Assembly (NCBI GenBank): GCA_012295275.1
Contig: CM022679.1
Span: forward strand, 25,420,001-25,484,000
Origin: Chrysomallon squamiferum
Taxonomy: Eukaryota; Animalia; Mollusca
Length of the DNA: 64,000 nt
Direction of reading: 5' to 3'
Under the pieces are notes generated by a model, which saw nothing but the letters and a program-made list of their open reading frames with translations, was not told the DNA's origin and did not search any database. The number at the start of each line of letters is the position of its first letter. Positions within the stretch are counted from its first letter, which is position 1. Below are positions 62,127 through 64,000 of this stretch, one piece after another. The position numbers were made by a program, and so were the translations under genes.

Positions 62127-62748
62127 TTATTTTGAATGAAAACTTTGAAGACGAGGACTGAAAACTATTGCTCCGCACATGTTGGAACGTGAAATTACTG
62201 AAATGTCGCATCTCGCCTCAAGCGTACACTTTATTATTGAGCAACAGCTCCTACTTATCCTGACTTAATCTTATTTCGCGGTAGAATTATCAAATAAAAT
62301 TATACACACAGTGACGAGAATTTATTAACATTATTTTCTACCTCAAAGGCAAATCGATAGCCCCAGAAAATTTACTGGATTACAATTTAAAGCTTTGGAC
62401 GCATTTAGCAAAGGAGGTATTGTGTTTATTGCACAACGAAGAAAAATAACATTTGATAAAACGGACGATATAAGTCAATGTGGGATTACAGTTCCTTTAT
62501 AGAGATTAGATGAAATGTCTAAGGTAAAAGCTATTCCTACAACACACCACTACCTACAAAAGATGATAACAAAGATATTTAATATAGGTTTATAAGTTCA
62601 TTGGGTTTTGTTTGTTTATCCTGTTATTTTTTTGTTTGTTTGTTTGTTTTTTATTATTTCAAAGAGATTTTGTTATTACTATTTTTACTGATGTTGTTTT
62701 CTCAAAAATTAACAACAGTTAATAAAACTTTTTAAAAATACTTTTCGG

Positions 62749-62788
<40 letters not shown>

Positions 62789-63094
62789 AGCATAATAACC
62801 CCGAAATAAATACTACACAAGGCACATAACTGTGACGCTGTCTACATACCGAGCTCTCTATATCCGGTTCCGCTGCAATGTGCTGGAACATATTCAATGG
62901 CCTTTGACCTCTTCTCGACGCCCTTGACATTGCTCGAGAAGGCGGCGGAATGAGTCTTCCGGTTGTTGCCGAGTACTGTGTTGTTCTAGGTCGTTCTTCG
63001 TTTCTTTCTTCCTTTTTCCTGTCAGCCTCTGACTCTTGCTGTAACTGTTGTGTGAACGCCTTCAGTTCGTCTCTCCAGCTTTCAGTAACTGGAA
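59607..63094 (-). CDS. SPATIAL-domain protein (TBATA / C4orf17 family), 3' part; the 5' exons appear to lie beyond the window and the extreme C-terminus is unresolved
   Basis: Phase-consistent minus-strand exons: 62850-63094 (PVTESWRDELK...QYSATTGRLIPPPSR), 61572-61653 (VFTMLCQILQTEDVNAVQAWLCSAPPS), 60882-61065 (EKAIVQDLIKAAM...), 60061-60188, 59607-59818 (open to TAA). The motifs W..ELK, YSA.TGRLIP and LCQILQT...Q.WL..APP.EK match TBATA/SPATIAL as I recall it. Confidence 0.85.
60268..60540. repeat. Degenerate tandem repeat of about 95 bp (about 3 copies), intronic
   Basis: tacgatatagaaaaa.tata...tattaa.atttatttaatat.tgtt recurs near 60275, 60373 and 60468. Confidence 0.7.
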
Positions 63095-63198
63095 CTAAAT
63101 TTGGATAGATATGTTAGAACAAATGTAAGATCTCTGAAGAGCATTTCTATGTTGCATCAGTTGGAATGAGATGTTGGCTATTCTCAAACATACCCTTT

Positions 63199-63299
<101 letters not shown>

Positions 63300-64000
63300 T
63301 ACACAAGCATATATAGTTGAAAAATATGTATTTATGACGTAATATATGTACATTTTAATTAACAAAGTTTGTATCCACATATAAATATATACATACAAAC
63401 AAACAAATATATATTATATACCTTAATTTATACATTACAAATAGACGCTTACCAAAAATCATGCCATACGCACAGTTTCTGTGTTTTCTTTCTTCGCTAG
63501 AATCATTTTTCCAGTAAAAGTGGTATAATCGTTAACCATCGTTATACGAATTTTAATAATTATTACAGATCTTGACATCACAGAAGTTAAGATATCGTCT
63601 TTTGAGTAACTGGTTCTTCGATCGTATCACAAATTCAGTTATAAAGTGTCAAACTACTGTAACAAATCTTCCACTTCTCTAATATGCCAGTTTTAATACA
63701 ATCTTGTGTAGACATATTGGATTTCAGTTGACGTGACTAAACCTTCTCTGAATGAGAATACATTTTATATTGTTGATGAAATTCTGAAGTTATTTTATTT
63801 TAAATTTATTTATTTATTTATTTATCGATTTTACCTTTATCTTGCATATATTATTATTATTTATTATTATTATTATTCTCTGTGTTGATTACCTATCTCA
63901 AGTATCACAACAGACAAAATTTGCATTGAGTATTTTCATTATTTCTAAAAAATAAAAGAAAATACAAAAAACATCCGATAAGTTAGAACATCAATAGATA

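Noticed and set aside
63453-63496. Possible further SPATIAL exon (tag|...G|gtaagc, phase-compatible donor)
   Set aside because: The peptide EERKHRNCAYGMIF is not recognisable and the acceptor is weak, so it is left out of the gene model.

Overview
AT-rich, microsatellite-laden, intron-containing animal genomic DNA, probably a lophotrochozoan and possibly a gastropod (inferred from gene content and composition, not proven). Most entries in the ORF track are microsatellite noise. Manual splicing recovers six protein-coding genes with phase-consistent exons: GNPTG (-, 1224-4804), a two-exon LigB/DODA-type extradiol dioxygenase (+, 5512-6634) head-to-head with it, ZCCHC24 (+, 9161-25476), an 18-exon MTTP (-, 40636-52241), TRMT10A (+, 52843-56764) head-to-head with MTTP, and the 3' part of a SPATIAL-domain (TBATA/C4orf17-like) gene (-, 59607 to beyond 63094). 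Two observations stand out. The SPATIAL-TRMT10A-MTTP trio has the same order and orientation as human C4orf17-TRMT10A-MTTP on 4q23. The DODA-like enzyme belongs to a family known mainly from bacteria, fungi and plants and has a non-canonical motif after the catalytic His. Also found: an internally deleted piggyBac fossil, a probable GC-AG intron, two candidate microexons (one creates a stop codon across its junction), a splice donor right after the MTTP stop, and a mosaic CpG landscape. I found no CRISPR array, rRNA or tRNA gene, and no prokaryote-type system.
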